From Longimicrobiales bacterium (lineage in GTDB: Bacteria; Gemmatimonadota; Gemmatimonadetes; Longimicrobiales; Gaopeijiaceae), in NCBI GenBank assembly GCA_965116905.1, contig OZ220732.1, positions 3,392,001 to 3,456,000 on the forward strand: a stretch of 64,000 bases of DNA. The letters run 5' to 3'. Positions 31,123 through 40,815 of this stretch are shown one piece after another. The position numbers were made by a program, and so were the translations under genes. A model generated the notes under the pieces. It did not search any database. It was given only the letters and a program-made list of their open reading frames with translations, and was not told the origin of the DNA. The stretch's first letter is position 1; the number at the start of each line of letters is the position of its first letter.

Positions 31123-34100
31123 ATGGACAGGCTCAGGAGGTTCCTGGGAATGGCGACGTTGCTGGTGCTTCCGATCATCGCCGCGTGCGGAGAGGACGTC
31201 ATTCCTCCTCCGCCGACGGGCTCCATCGTGGGCCAGGTGTCGATCGAGGGCATGGGGATCGACGGGGTAACCGTCTCCCTTAGCAACGGGGCCTCCACTG
31301 CTACGGCTGGTGGCGGGAACTACCGCTTCGACACCGTGGAGCAGGGCTCCTATACGGTGACGATCAGCGGATTCCCCGCGGACGCCAGCTTCGATGCAAC
31401 CTCAGCTCCCGCCAGCATAGGCGACACCGGCGGGACGGTCACCGTGGACTTCCGCGGCACCTATATCCGCACCGCCTCGATCCTCGGAACGATCACTGTT
31501 GAGGGCAGCGGTCTCGGCGGGGTGACGGTGCGCCTTCCCGGCATGGCTGATGGCCAGACCACGACCGACGACAGCGGCCAGTTTTCCTTCACGGGACTGC
31601 GCGCCGGCACGTATTCGGTCGAGATCTCCGGCTTCGACACCAACGAGGTCAGCTTCTCGAGCACCTCCGGTGCCGCGACGGTCGGCGTCGGCGAGTCCAA
31701 GGTCGTCAGCTTCGACGGCACGTATCTCCGCACGGCGGGGATCCAGGGCCAGGTAAGCGTGGACGGCGAGGGCCTCGGCGGCGTGACGGTGACGCTGGTG
31801 GGCGAAGGCGAAGAGCGGACCGACGTGACGGATGCGGGCGGGCTCTACGCGTTCTCGGCGCTCAAGAGCGGCACCTACCAGGTCGCGATCACGAACCCGG
31901 ATCCCGAAGACTACGAGTTCACGACCACGTCGAAGAGCGCGACGGTCGCGACGGGCGAGACCGCCAACGTGCCGTTCGAAGGCACGCTGCTGCGGACGGC
32001 CGGTATCGCGGGCCGGGTCAGCCTCGACGACGGCATGGGCCTTGACGGCGTGACGGTTACGCTGGCGGGCGCGGCCGAGGCGACGGCAATGACGTCGAAC
32101 GGCGGGCAGTACGCTTTTGCCGGGCTGGCGGCTGGCACCTACGTGCTCAGCATCGAGAACCCGGACGCCAACGCGTACAGCTTCGCCGAAGACGAGATGA
32201 TGAAGACGGTCATGCTGGAAGACGACCAGTCTGCGATCGTGAACTTCAGCGGCACGCACACCCGCACCGCTTCGGTGTCGGGCATGCTGTTCGTCGACGA
32301 AGTGATGCAGGACAAGATGTACACCGACGGCGAGCCCACGATCGTCGCAGCGCTGGGACCCTGGCTGGGGTCGCTGGCTGACGATGACCCGGCGAAGATG
32401 GCCGTGCTCGGAGCGCTGGCCAAGGCGACGGTGAAGCTGCGCGGCCCGGATCTCAGCGACGAGCATGACATTCCCATCATGGCGGACGGCAGCTTCACGA
32501 CGGGCCCGGCGCTGATGGCAGGGTCGTACCAGGTCGAGTTGCCGGTCAATAACGACACCGTGGCGGCGGGTCTCGCCGCGGCAGGCGTCGCGTTCGTCGG
32601 CGAGTCGATGGTGGTCGACGTCGAGGCTGGCGGCAGCGCGACGGTCAACTTCCCGTTCCGGATCACGATGCAGACGGTGGTGACCGGTGCCCGCATGGGC
32701 GGCGGCGGCCACTTCGGTCTCCCGGTCGAGGGCGTGGAGCTGGCGCTGTATGCCCGGGCCGACGGCACCGACATGCTGGGCGAAGCCACGACCGACGAGA
32801 TGGGCATGGCCACGTTCAACTTCGCGCGCGCGGACAACACGGGTCCCGTGGGCAACGACAACATCGTATTCGTGAAGGCCATGGATTCGGGGCACCCGGC
32901 GCTGCACGTGAGCGGCAACGAGTTTGTCGAGATCAACCACGCGTCGACGGCGCGTCTCTACGCTGCGGACGCCGAGAAGGAAGTGGCGACGCTGATCAAC
33001 GTGGCGGTCGCGTTCGACTTCTGGGTCAAGAGCAACGAGATGGCCCGCAACGGCGACGAGGGCCTCGGCGGCTGGAGCACCGAGGTCTACTTGGGCGATC
33101 CGGAGGACGAGGACAACATGCCTCTGATGCTTCCGAATCCCATGGATCCCACGATGATGGTCAACGCCACCCTGCCCACGGACACCACGAAGGGCGACGA
33201 TCTGGGTAAGAGCACGTTCGCGTACGTGGCCGACCCGACGATGGTGGATTATCCCGTGACGTTCACGGTGATGGCGGCCATGGACGACGAGGCCGACTGT
33301 AAGGGATCGGGCCTGATGGCGGTATCCGATCAGCCCGACCAGTGCGAGATGTGGGAGCAGAGCGACGCGCTCACGCACACGCACACGGGGCTTGACCTTC
33401 CGCCGGGCAAGGACGACGACATGCTCGACCTCGGCCCCATCCGGATCACGTACACGACGCAGACCGTCTACGTCGGCGCGCACCGTGAGCTGGACGACCG
33501 GACCGGGTTTACCGACTTCATCGGTGTCGGAGACGGCGATGCCCGTCCCATGGGCACCGGCGTGGACGAGATCGAGGTCAGCCTGATGGTCGCGGACAGC
33601 AGAGGGCGTCTCAGAGCCTTCGAGTATGACCACGACATGGACGAGGACACGGAGGATGTCGAAGCGACGGCGACCGTCGGCGCTTCGGGCATGGTGTCAT
33701 TCGCCCACATTCCCGCCGATACCGAATTCACGGTCGTGGCCGATGCGGGCAGCGACATGATGATCGTTCCCGACGATCGATCCACGAGGGAGATCGACGC
33801 GTTCGGCGATCAGCTGGACGACTATCCCGACGGCAAGATGGTCGGCGCCTTCGGTGACGGCAGCGGCGCGCGTGCGGACGTCTGGATCTGCCCGCTGTGG
33901 AGACTCGACAACGACGATCCCAACGAGAACTGCTCGACCTTCGCCTACAAGTGGACGTCGGGGACGGTCTCGGGTGCCGTAACGCGTCTTCAGGAAGGCG
34001 ACGAAGCGGCCGTGATCCTGATGCCGGTCAACAGCAACGAAGACTATGCGTCCGATCTCAAGGATGAGGTCGAGGTGACCGCCGGCGAAGACGGAACAGC

Positions 34101-35910
34101 CGATTACTCCTTCACGGGCGTCGCGGACGGACGGTACATGGTCATCTTGGAGGCCACTACAGGATCATGGCGCGGCGACACCATCCAGGTCGGCGGTGTA
34201 ATGCACGACGAAGAAAACGACGAAGACCACTACACCGGCGACGTCAGCAGCGGCAACGACTTGTCGGCCAGCGACCTGCGCGGCGTGCTGATCGGCAGGA
34301 TCGCCAATGACGTGAACGGGAACGGCTCTCTGAACGGCGACGAGTCACGCGCTGGTGTCGTGGTCGAGATCTACCACGCACCGGGCAACATCACCAGGGG
34401 ATTCGTTCAGGGTGATGCGGTCACGGATAAGAACGGTGATCCGGTTACGGCCACCACTGACGAGGACGGTAACTACCGATTCGAGGATCTTGAGCTTCGG
34501 CAGAGTGACGGCGGTCAAAAGTTCTATCTGGTGAGGGTTCCGGAAACGGATCTGTACAAGGCCGTGAGGAACACCCCGATAGGGCTGAAAGACGTTGAAC
34601 TCCGGGAGGTCGTGGATTACGCCATCCATCCAGCGATCACCGCCGATGTCGCCGATCATGAATGGAATACGCTCTATCCTGACCTCCCCACGTGGGATTA
34701 CTCCACAAGCATGCTCGGTGCTAGCGCGCTGAGCGATTTCGTGCTGCTCTACAAGGACGGCGAAGTCGAGGGCACGGTGTCGGATCCGAGCGTACGGGCC
34801 GCGCATCAGCGCGCGGTCGTAGAGCTGCACCGCTGCAAGGTTTCGAACCAAGTGAGGGGCGGGTGCGACGAGTACTCCGGCGAAGTCGAGGAAGCGTCCG
34901 TGAACTCGGACGGCGAGTGGCTCGCGGAAAACCTTCTGGAGGGCATATGGGAGGTCGTCGTGGACCTGCCGGCCGGGTATGTGCACGTCGACGCGAGCGG
35001 GCGCACCGACGGCGACACCGGTTTCAACGACGACGACAGCTACTTCAGTCAGCAGGACATCGAACTGATGGGCGGTCGTGCGGACGCCGGCACCGAGACG
35101 TTCCACATCAAGGATCGCAACGCGGGTGACGGCGCTACGCTTACGAGTGTCGAGATCGACGGTACTGCGTGCACCAGGGGCACCGCCACCAACCCTGCGG
35201 ACGAAAACTGCGGCCATGACGAGGACGGATCGTTCTCGGTGGTCGCTACCGCGTCCACGGGCGCGGTCGTCCGTCTGAGTTCGAGTGCGACGGACGCGAG
35301 TCCCACCGGAACGGGGACGTACTCGCAGACATTGAGAAACGGCAGAGCCACGACGGTCACGCTGTCGATGCCTGGCAGCAGGAGGTTCTTCGTTCACGTC
35401 ACGGCCGAGGACGGTTATGCGTCCAACGACGCGACGAGTGAGGGCTTCCATCTCCGGCGCGACGCCGATGTGCGCGTGAAGGAAGTCACGATCTCGTGGA
35501 GCGGCGACAGGATCGAACTGGATCGTGACGCGCTCAACTTGGATCCCGACGGTGAGACGGACCCGGTGACGGGGACGACCACCCTGAGGGTCACGGTGGA
35601 CAAGGGCGACAACAACGGGGATATCCCGATTACGGATCTTACAGTTACAGCCACCAGCATGACCACGGGATTCGGCGTGGCCGGATTTGGCACCGTCGAC
35701 GTGACCACGACTCCCGTCGCGTGTTCCAGCGCGGACTTCACCGGCCTCGCCGGCACAGCATCGGGCACCCTCACGTTGCCGGCGAACACGGCGACCGACA
35801 AGGGAAGCGACGGGGTCTGCTTCCGGATCGCGGACACCGACGGTGAGACGAACCCGGACGCCAACGCCAACAACAACCGCGACTACATCCTGATCGTCAC
35901 CAGGAAGTAG
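31123..35910 (+). CDS. Giant acidic surface lipoprotein (1595 aa) with carboxypeptidase-regulatory-like/CnaB-type beta-sandwich repeats
   Basis: AAGGA SD; MDRLRRFL...IIAAC lipobox; repeated G.I.GQV..G..GVTV.L......TT...G.Y.F..L..G.Y.V units; Asp/Thr/Gly-rich. Confidence 0.88.
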   Translation: MDRLRRFLGMATLLVLPIIAACGEDVIPPPPTGSIVGQVSIEGMGIDGVTVSLSNGASTATAGGGNYRFDTVEQGSYTVTISGFPADASFDATSAPASIGDTGGTVTVDFRGTYIRTASILGTITVEGSGLGGVTVRLPGMADGQTTTDDSGQFSFTGLRAGTYSVEISGFDTNEVSFSSTSGAATVGVGESKVVSFDGTYLRTAGIQGQVSVDGEGLGGVTVTLVGEGEERTDVTDAGGLYAFSALKSGTYQVAITNPDPEDYEFTTTSKSATVATGETANVPFEGTLLRTAGIAGRVSLDDGMGLDGVTVTLAGAAEATAMTSNGGQYAFAGLAAGTYVLSIENPDANAYSFAEDEMMKTVMLEDDQSAIVNFSGTHTRTASVSGMLFVDEVMQDKMYTDGEPTIVAALGPWLGSLADDDPAKMAVLGALAKATVKLRGPDLSDEHDIPIMADGSFTTGPALMAGSYQVELPVNNDTVAAGLAAAGVAFVGESMVVDVEAGGSATVNFPFRITMQTVVTGARMGGGGHFGLPVEGVELALYARADGTDMLGEATTDEMGMATFNFARADNTGPVGNDNIVFVKAMDSGHPALHVSGNEFVEINHASTARLYAADAEKEVATLINVAVAFDFWVKSNEMARNGDEGLGGWSTEVYLGDPEDEDNMPLMLPNPMDPTMMVNATLPTDTTKGDDLGKSTFAYVADPTMVDYPVTFTVMAAMDDEADCKGSGLMAVSDQPDQCEMWEQSDALTHTHTGLDLPPGKDDDMLDLGPIRITYTTQTVYVGAHRELDDRTGFTDFIGVGDGDARPMGTGVDEIEVSLMVADSRGRLRAFEYDHDMDEDTEDVEATATVGASGMVSFAHIPADTEFTVVADAGSDMMIVPDDRSTREIDAFGDQLDDYPDGKMVGAFGDGSGARADVWICPLWRLDNDDPNENCSTFAYKWTSGTVSGAVTRLQEGDEAAVILMPVNSNEDYASDLKDEVEVTAGEDGTADYSFTGVADGRYMVILEATTGSWRGDTIQVGGVMHDEENDEDHYTGDVSSGNDLSASDLRGVLIGRIANDVNGNGSLNGDESRAGVVVEIYHAPGNITRGFVQGDAVTDKNGDPVTATTDEDGNYRFEDLELRQSDGGQKFYLVRVPETDLYKAVRNTPIGLKDVELREVVDYAIHPAITADVADHEWNTLYPDLPTWDYSTSMLGASALSDFVLLYKDGEVEGTVSDPSVRAAHQRAVVELHRCKVSNQVRGGCDEYSGEVEEASVNSDGEWLAENLLEGIWEVVVDLPAGYVHVDASGRTDGDTGFNDDDSYFSQQDIELMGGRADAGTETFHIKDRNAGDGATLTSVEIDGTACTRGTATNPADENCGHDEDGSFSVVATASTGAVVRLSSSATDASPTGTGTYSQTLRNGRATTVTLSMPGSRRFFVHVTAEDGYASNDATSEGFHLRRDADVRVKEVTISWSGDRIELDRDALNLDPDGETDPVTGTTTLRVTVDKGDNNGDIPITDLTVTATSMTTGFGVAGFGTVDVTTTPVACSSADFTGLAGTASGTLTLPANTATDKGSDGVCFRIADTDGETNPDANANNNRDYILIVTRK

Positions 35911-35967
35911 GCGCGGACCAACCCGTCGGGATTCCACACCAGGAATTCATGACGGCGCAGTAAGGGG

Positions 35968-36008
35968 GTCGCCCCCGTCCGGTTCGCCGGGCGGGGGCGA
36001 CGTCTTTT
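35968..36008 (+). terminator. Hairpin/terminator after surface protein copy 2
   Basis: gtcgcccccgtccgg-TTCG-ccgggcgggggcgac then gtctttt; one compensatory T-A to C-G change relative to copy 1. Confidence 0.8.
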
Positions 36009-36351
36009 CCCCCTATGCCGCTGCCGCCACCCGGGTCACCCACCTCACTTGCCGCCAGGCCCTGAAAACCACGAACGGGGGCGCTGGGCTCCGATGGGGG
36101 GCACCTAGACCGCCGTGGTGGCTCGTCGCCGATCACGCGCAGGACGTCGCACCCAGGGCTCGAAATGACAACTATGGTTGACATTCTCCCTCTTCCAGCG
36201 GCCAAACTCCCCGCAATCCCCCGTGCCTCCGCGCACGCTGTGCCCGGATTGCCACATCCGTCAGCCATGGAAACCCTGCGCGCGACCCCTCGGAGTATTG
36301 CGAAACCTCGCTATCATCACAATACTATCCTGCTCGTGACACCTACGATCC

Positions 36352-36369
36352 TGTAAACCTTACTTTACA
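36352..36369. promoter_or_regulatory. TGTAAA-N6-TTTACA box, copy 2
   Basis: TGTAAA-ccttac-TTTACA; its reverse complement is 17/18 identical to the box at 22381. Confidence 0.55.
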
Positions 36370-36436
36370 AATCGTGATCGTGATTCGCCTGTCGCTCTCC
36401 TGGCGTCAGCAAAGCGGATTCGAGCCGGGATGCTGC

Positions 36437-36600
36437 CCCTTGTCACGCGATAAATCGGATATACTGTCACGACCAGTGAGTGACACGCAGGAACCGGCCA
36501 CGTCGCGGAGCGCCGGCTCCGGCCGAGCACGAAGACATGGGTGCCTGGCCGTACGGCCCGCAACTCTTCGAACACCTCAGGGGTCTGGGTCGCCCCGACA
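36437..36600 (+). pseudogene. Internally deleted remnant of a paralogue of the hybrid kinase (leader + GAF fragment)
   Basis: 36437-36511 matches 40697-40771; 36525-36581 matches 41047-41102 (EHEDMGAWPYGPQLFEHLRGL vs EHEALVAWPYGPQLFEHLRSL). Confidence 0.8.
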
Positions 36601-36603
36601 TCC

Positions 36604-37758
36604 TCAGTGCCTCGGGCGGGTGTCGCCCGAGACCGAGAGCACGAGCCGCACGAGATCCGCTTGCCGGTTCGTTCCAGTCTTACGGAGAATGCGCTGCACA
36701 TGGGTGCGGATGGTACTGATTCCGCGCACCGTGGACTCTGCGATGTCAGCCACGCTGTTGCCGTCGGCCAGCATCACCGCGACGCGGGTCTCGGCCTGCG
36801 TCAGACCAAAGCGCGCCGCCACGAGATCGGGGTTGATCACGGTTCGCCTCTTCCCCGAATCCACAACCAGCACCAGCGCCGCGACCGGCCACGCGCATAG
36901 GGCAGCCTCCTGCTGCCCCACGGGGATGACATGCAGTTCCACCGGATTACGGTCCGCCGAGCGCCTCAATACCATCGAGCCGCCGGTGCCCTGTCGGCCG
37001 AACGGAGGCAGCGCACGGGTCAACAGTCTCTGCAGATTGGCATTGTCCCTGGGGGAACGGGCAAATAGGAGGCGGCCGGAGTCAAAGAGGGCGTCGCCGG
37101 TCTGCAGGAACTTCCTGGCGCCGTCGCTCGCCGCCACCACCTTTCCCCGCCAGTCGACCTGGATGATGCCCGGCCCGGTGGCCTCGAGCATCGCGGCAAC
37201 CGACGTGCCCAAGGCTCCAGCTCCGACCAGCACCTGCCTGACGCTCACGTACTGGCGAACATGCGGAAGAAGACGGTGGATCACTTCGATCTGGGCCGAG
37301 GACCAGCCGCCATCGTCGATAGGATCGTTGACGACCCAAACGATGCGCGTGCCGGCGGGTCCGGCCATGCGGACGATGAGGCTATTCCCGGCATGGTGGG
37401 GCACCAGGAACTCGTTGTAGGCCGCGGATGTCTTCAACTCCCGGTCGGTGTAGAGCGAAGTGATGGGGGCCGGTTGGCCATCGGGCAGGCGTCGGAGGCG
37501 CGGGACCCGTTCGTCCCTCGGGTAGTAGACATCGAAGTACTCTCGGTCCACCTCTGGACGGGACTCGCCGCGGCTGAAGCTCCGCGCCATGAAGATCCGG
37601 ACTCCCTGGTCGGAGTTCCCGGCTCCGAACACAAGACTGGTGCTGCTTGCGCCCAACTCGTCCTCGATGAGACGCGAGGCTGCCGACCAGTGGACATCAT
37701 CCAACGTGGCTCGATGTATCGATGCAAGTATGCGATCGAACGCGTCTCGTTCACTCAT
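36604..37758 (-). CDS. LuxR-family HTH regulator with N-terminal GAF/PAS-like sensor
   Basis: C-terminal FGLTQAETRVAVMLADGNSVADIAE.....STIRTHVQRILRKTGTNRQADLVRLV. Confidence 0.88.
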   Translation of the reverse strand: MSERDAFDRILASIHRATLDDVHWSAASRLIEDELGASSTSLVFGAGNSDQGVRIFMARSFSRGESRPEVDREYFDVYYPRDERVPRLRRLPDGQPAPITSLYTDRELKTSAAYNEFLVPHHAGNSLIVRMAGPAGTRIVWVVNDPIDDGGWSSAQIEVIHRLLPHVRQYVSVRQVLVGAGALGTSVAAMLEATGPGIIQVDWRGKVVAASDGARKFLQTGDALFDSGRLLFARSPRDNANLQRLLTRALPPFGRQGTGGSMVLRRSADRNPVELHVIPVGQQEAALCAWPVAALVLVVDSGKRRTVINPDLVAARFGLTQAETRVAVMLADGNSVADIAESTVRGISTIRTHVQRILRKTGTNRQADLVRLVLSVSGDTRPRH

Positions 37759-38052
37759 GACTAAAGGTAGCGAATACCGTTTGAGAATGATCGTCTCGCT
37801 GTTGAATCACCTGCTGACCTGGAAGACGACAGTCTCCGTGTCCTCAATTCTGATGATATTTGCGGGGGGTTGTTGACAGACCGCATAACTGATGATTTGA
37901 TTGCTTGGTCTCCAATATCTGGCGTCTCCCGTGCCCGACCCCGAACAGTTGTCCTGCGCCACCGGTACGTCCTTCAACTGCGTCCGCAGCCGGAAAAAGG
38001 GGGGTACGAGCGAGCCGGAAGACACCCCCACCCAACGAAAGGACCCCGACCA

Positions 38053-38469
38053 GTGACCCGCAGAATCACCCTTGCCGCCACAACATTGGCCTTGGCCGGC
38101 TGCGGCCTCTCGGAACCGTCAGCCACCGGCCACATCGAAGGCCGCATCACCGTTTGCACAACAGCCGCGTCGTTGGTCGAACCCGTCTGCGAGTCGGCGA
38201 CGACCAATGTCAAAATCACCTTGGAGGGTGCAGGCCCCGCGGAGATCGCGACACTCGATTCCGGAATCTTCCGGTTCACCGACGTGGAGGTCGGCAGCTA
38301 CACGCTGTACGCTGCCGAAACGCTTGATCATCCGGCCTGCCTGTTCGTGTTCGAACCGAAAACCGTCACCGTCACCGAAGACCAGACCGCGAACGTCGCC
38401 ATCGATGGGAGGGGAAGATGCTGGTATCCCATTCGGCCCCAATCAGTCGATTCAGCAACTCCCTCATGA
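38053..38469 (+). CDS. Small lipoprotein with a carboxypeptidase-regulatory-like domain
   Basis: GTG start after AAAGGA; LALAGC lipobox; TG.IEG.I...G.FRF.DV.VG.YTL pattern. Confidence 0.7.
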   Translation: MTRRITLAATTLALAGCGLSEPSATGHIEGRITVCTTAASLVEPVCESATTNVKITLEGAGPAEIATLDSGIFRFTDVEVGSYTLYAAETLDHPACLFVFEPKTVTVTEDQTANVAIDGRGRCWYPIRPQSVDSATPS

Positions 38470-38483
38470 CGTTCCTCGGCTCT

Positions 38484-39731
38484 TCAGGCTCGGATGCACG
38501 AAAGGGGCAGGGACTGGAGCCCTCGCAGCACGACGCCCTTGCGGAACCGCGGAGGGCCGTCCAACAGCTTGATCGAACGGTAGCGGCGAAGCAGCATCTC
38601 GAGAGCAATCCGCCCCTCCAGCCGCGCCAGCGGCGCGCCGAGACAATGGTGTATCCCGCGCCCGAACGAAAGGTGCGGACCCTGGCGGCGCTCGACATCG
38701 AGGCGATCCGGATTCTCGAATACGGCCGGATCCCGGTTAGCCGCGCCAAGGAGTAGCGCCACGTTGTCGCGTTTCCGCAGCGGAAAGCCATTCACCTCGC
38801 AGTCCACGAGGACACGGCGAAAATCGGTCTGCGCCGGAGCGTCGAAGCGCAGCAATTCCTCCACGGCCGCAGGTATCAGACCGGGGTCGTCGCGAAGCCG
38901 CTGAAGCTGATCCGGATGACGAAGCAGAGCCAGCATGCCGTTACCGACCAGGTTCGCCGTCGTCTCCGTCCCGGCGCTGAGGAGCAGTCGCAGCATGTTC
39001 AGCGTTTCCCGGTCGCTCAGACGCGTACCTTCGGCCTGTGCCTGAACCAGGGCACTGACGATGTCGGTCCGTGGCGAGGCTCGGCGCTCTTCGATGACCC
39101 GTCGGAAATAGGCATCGAACTCGCGCGATGCCGCTTCTCCTGCCTCGCGCTCGCGACGGCTGATCACCGGTTCCAGCAAACGTGCGCGCCGCGCCGCCCA
39201 AACGGTGAATTGGGACCTGTCTTCAACTGGAACACCAAGCATCCCGGCCACTACGATCATCGGTAGCGGCCGGGCGACCGCCTCGATCAGGTCGAACGCT
39301 GCCGGGTCGGCGACGTCATCCAACAGAGCTGCCATCGTCCTGCGGATGAGCGGTTCGAGCGAGTTGATCGCCTTCCTGGTGAAGGCCTTGCTGACCAGCG
39401 CCCTCAAGCGGCTGTGGTCCGGCGGATCGAGGAGCAACATCGTGTATTCGCGCGGCGGCGGCAGCATGGCCAGTTGTCGCCGCGTAAGTGAGCCCTTTCG
39501 CGGGTCGTTGCCAAAGTGCCGATGGTCGCGGAGGATGGCATCCACGTCGACGTAGCGGGTGAACACCCAGGCCCTAAGCAACCGGCTCCGATGCACCGGG
39601 GCCCGGGCCCGGAGGGCCGCATACACAGGGTAAGGATCCTGAGTTGTCCGTGCCGACAGCGGGTTGTACGCGACCCCACTCTGGAGGCGCTCCCGCAGGA
39701 CGATCGCACTGATGGCTGCGGACCGGATCAC
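38484..39731 (-). CDS. Cytochrome P450
   Basis: DPPDH.RLR, AGTETT (I-helix), EELLR (ExxR), ANRDP and SFGRGIHHCLG heme-ligand motifs. Confidence 0.96.
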   Translation of the reverse strand: MIRSAAISAIVLRERLQSGVAYNPLSARTTQDPYPVYAALRARAPVHRSRLLRAWVFTRYVDVDAILRDHRHFGNDPRKGSLTRRQLAMLPPPREYTMLLLDPPDHSRLRALVSKAFTRKAINSLEPLIRRTMAALLDDVADPAAFDLIEAVARPLPMIVVAGMLGVPVEDRSQFTVWAARRARLLEPVISRREREAGEAASREFDAYFRRVIEERRASPRTDIVSALVQAQAEGTRLSDRETLNMLRLLLSAGTETTANLVGNGMLALLRHPDQLQRLRDDPGLIPAAVEELLRFDAPAQTDFRRVLVDCEVNGFPLRKRDNVALLLGAANRDPAVFENPDRLDVERRQGPHLSFGRGIHHCLGAPLARLEGRIALEMLLRRYRSIKLLDGPPRFRKGVVLRGLQSLPLSCIRA

Positions 39732-39955
39732 GTGACGCTCCGGGAACTAGGGCAATAGGGGATGCCTGATGGGATCACTCCGTAAGATGCACAAAGGCGC
39801 ATGCGCGAACGGGCACCAGGCGGACGAATATAACCGGAAAGACAACAGGACCGGAGAATCTGACGAATATCATCAATATTGAGGACGCGGCGGGGATCTC
39901 TCGCGCTTAACGATACATTGTCCATTCATGATCGCGTGAGCGAAAGGGTAAAACG

Positions 39956-40474
39956 ATGAGAGTCCTGCTCGTTGGTTCGGTGCTCGTTCTGGCGTCCTGC
40001 GACCTGATGACGCCGGAGGAAACGATGGAAGTGTGGAAGGGTATCGCAATTCCGGTTACCCAACCGCCGGAAGTGGCCGCCTATGGAGGAACGGACGATC
40101 CGGTCGTGTCGACTGCGGACACAACATATGTAGTGCTCAATCATCAGCGCGATGTCGAGTCCGAGATGGTGTACGGCACATTCGTGATCTGGGAGACCGA
40201 ACCGGATCCTTGCGATCTCGACTGGCTGCCTTCCAGCGATCCGCTGTGCTGGTTCATGACCGACGTCAAGGGGATCGGAATCCCCTTCGAGGATCCGGAG
40301 CATCGAGTGGTCACCTTTACCCTTCCCACCTACGGCGAATGCCAGCTTGTCGGAACGGTTTACGATGATGGTGAAGGCAAGTTCTGGGATGCGGTGGTTC
40401 GCTGCGGTGAAGATGGAGAGTCCCTTTTCTCCGTGGATTTGAGAGAGGACCGTTTCCGTCATCCGGACGCGTAG
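39956..40474 (+). CDS. Hypothetical lipoprotein
   Basis: MRVLLVGSVLVLASC lipobox; several Cys; no recognised domain. Confidence 0.65.
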   Translation: MRVLLVGSVLVLASCDLMTPEETMEVWKGIAIPVTQPPEVAAYGGTDDPVVSTADTTYVVLNHQRDVESEMVYGTFVIWETEPDPCDLDWLPSSDPLCWFMTDVKGIGIPFEDPEHRVVTFTLPTYGECQLVGTVYDDGEGKFWDAVVRCGEDGESLFSVDLREDRFRHPDA

Positions 40475-40815
40475 GCCAACCCACCGCTAGTTGGCATCCT
40501 CGTAGTTCGGAACGACGCTTCTCCCAGGCATCGGGGCAGCGTACACCACGGGGCAGCGTACACCAAACCTGACCGACGGCGGCACGGACATGGCCGGAAC
40601 CCACCGTGACCGCATCCGCCCCGTCGCAGTGGCCACGATGGGGCGACGACCATCGGCCTGGCAATCCCACGGGCATGGCAGTAACGATACGTGCCACCCT
40701 TGTCACGCGACAAATCGGATATATCTTCGTGATAAGTAAGTGACGCGCAGGAACCGGCCACGTCGCGGAGCACCCACGCCGAGCGCGGTTCGCCGGTTCG
40801 GAAAGGGTCAACGAA

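Noticed and set aside
26578..35910. Diversity-generating retroelement (TR/VR pair)
   Set aside because: No reverse transcriptase in the window; differences are not adenine-specific and the repeats are kilobase-scale
39926..40462. 178-aa minus ORF
   Set aside because: Antisense to a lipobox-bearing ORF, which is the better call
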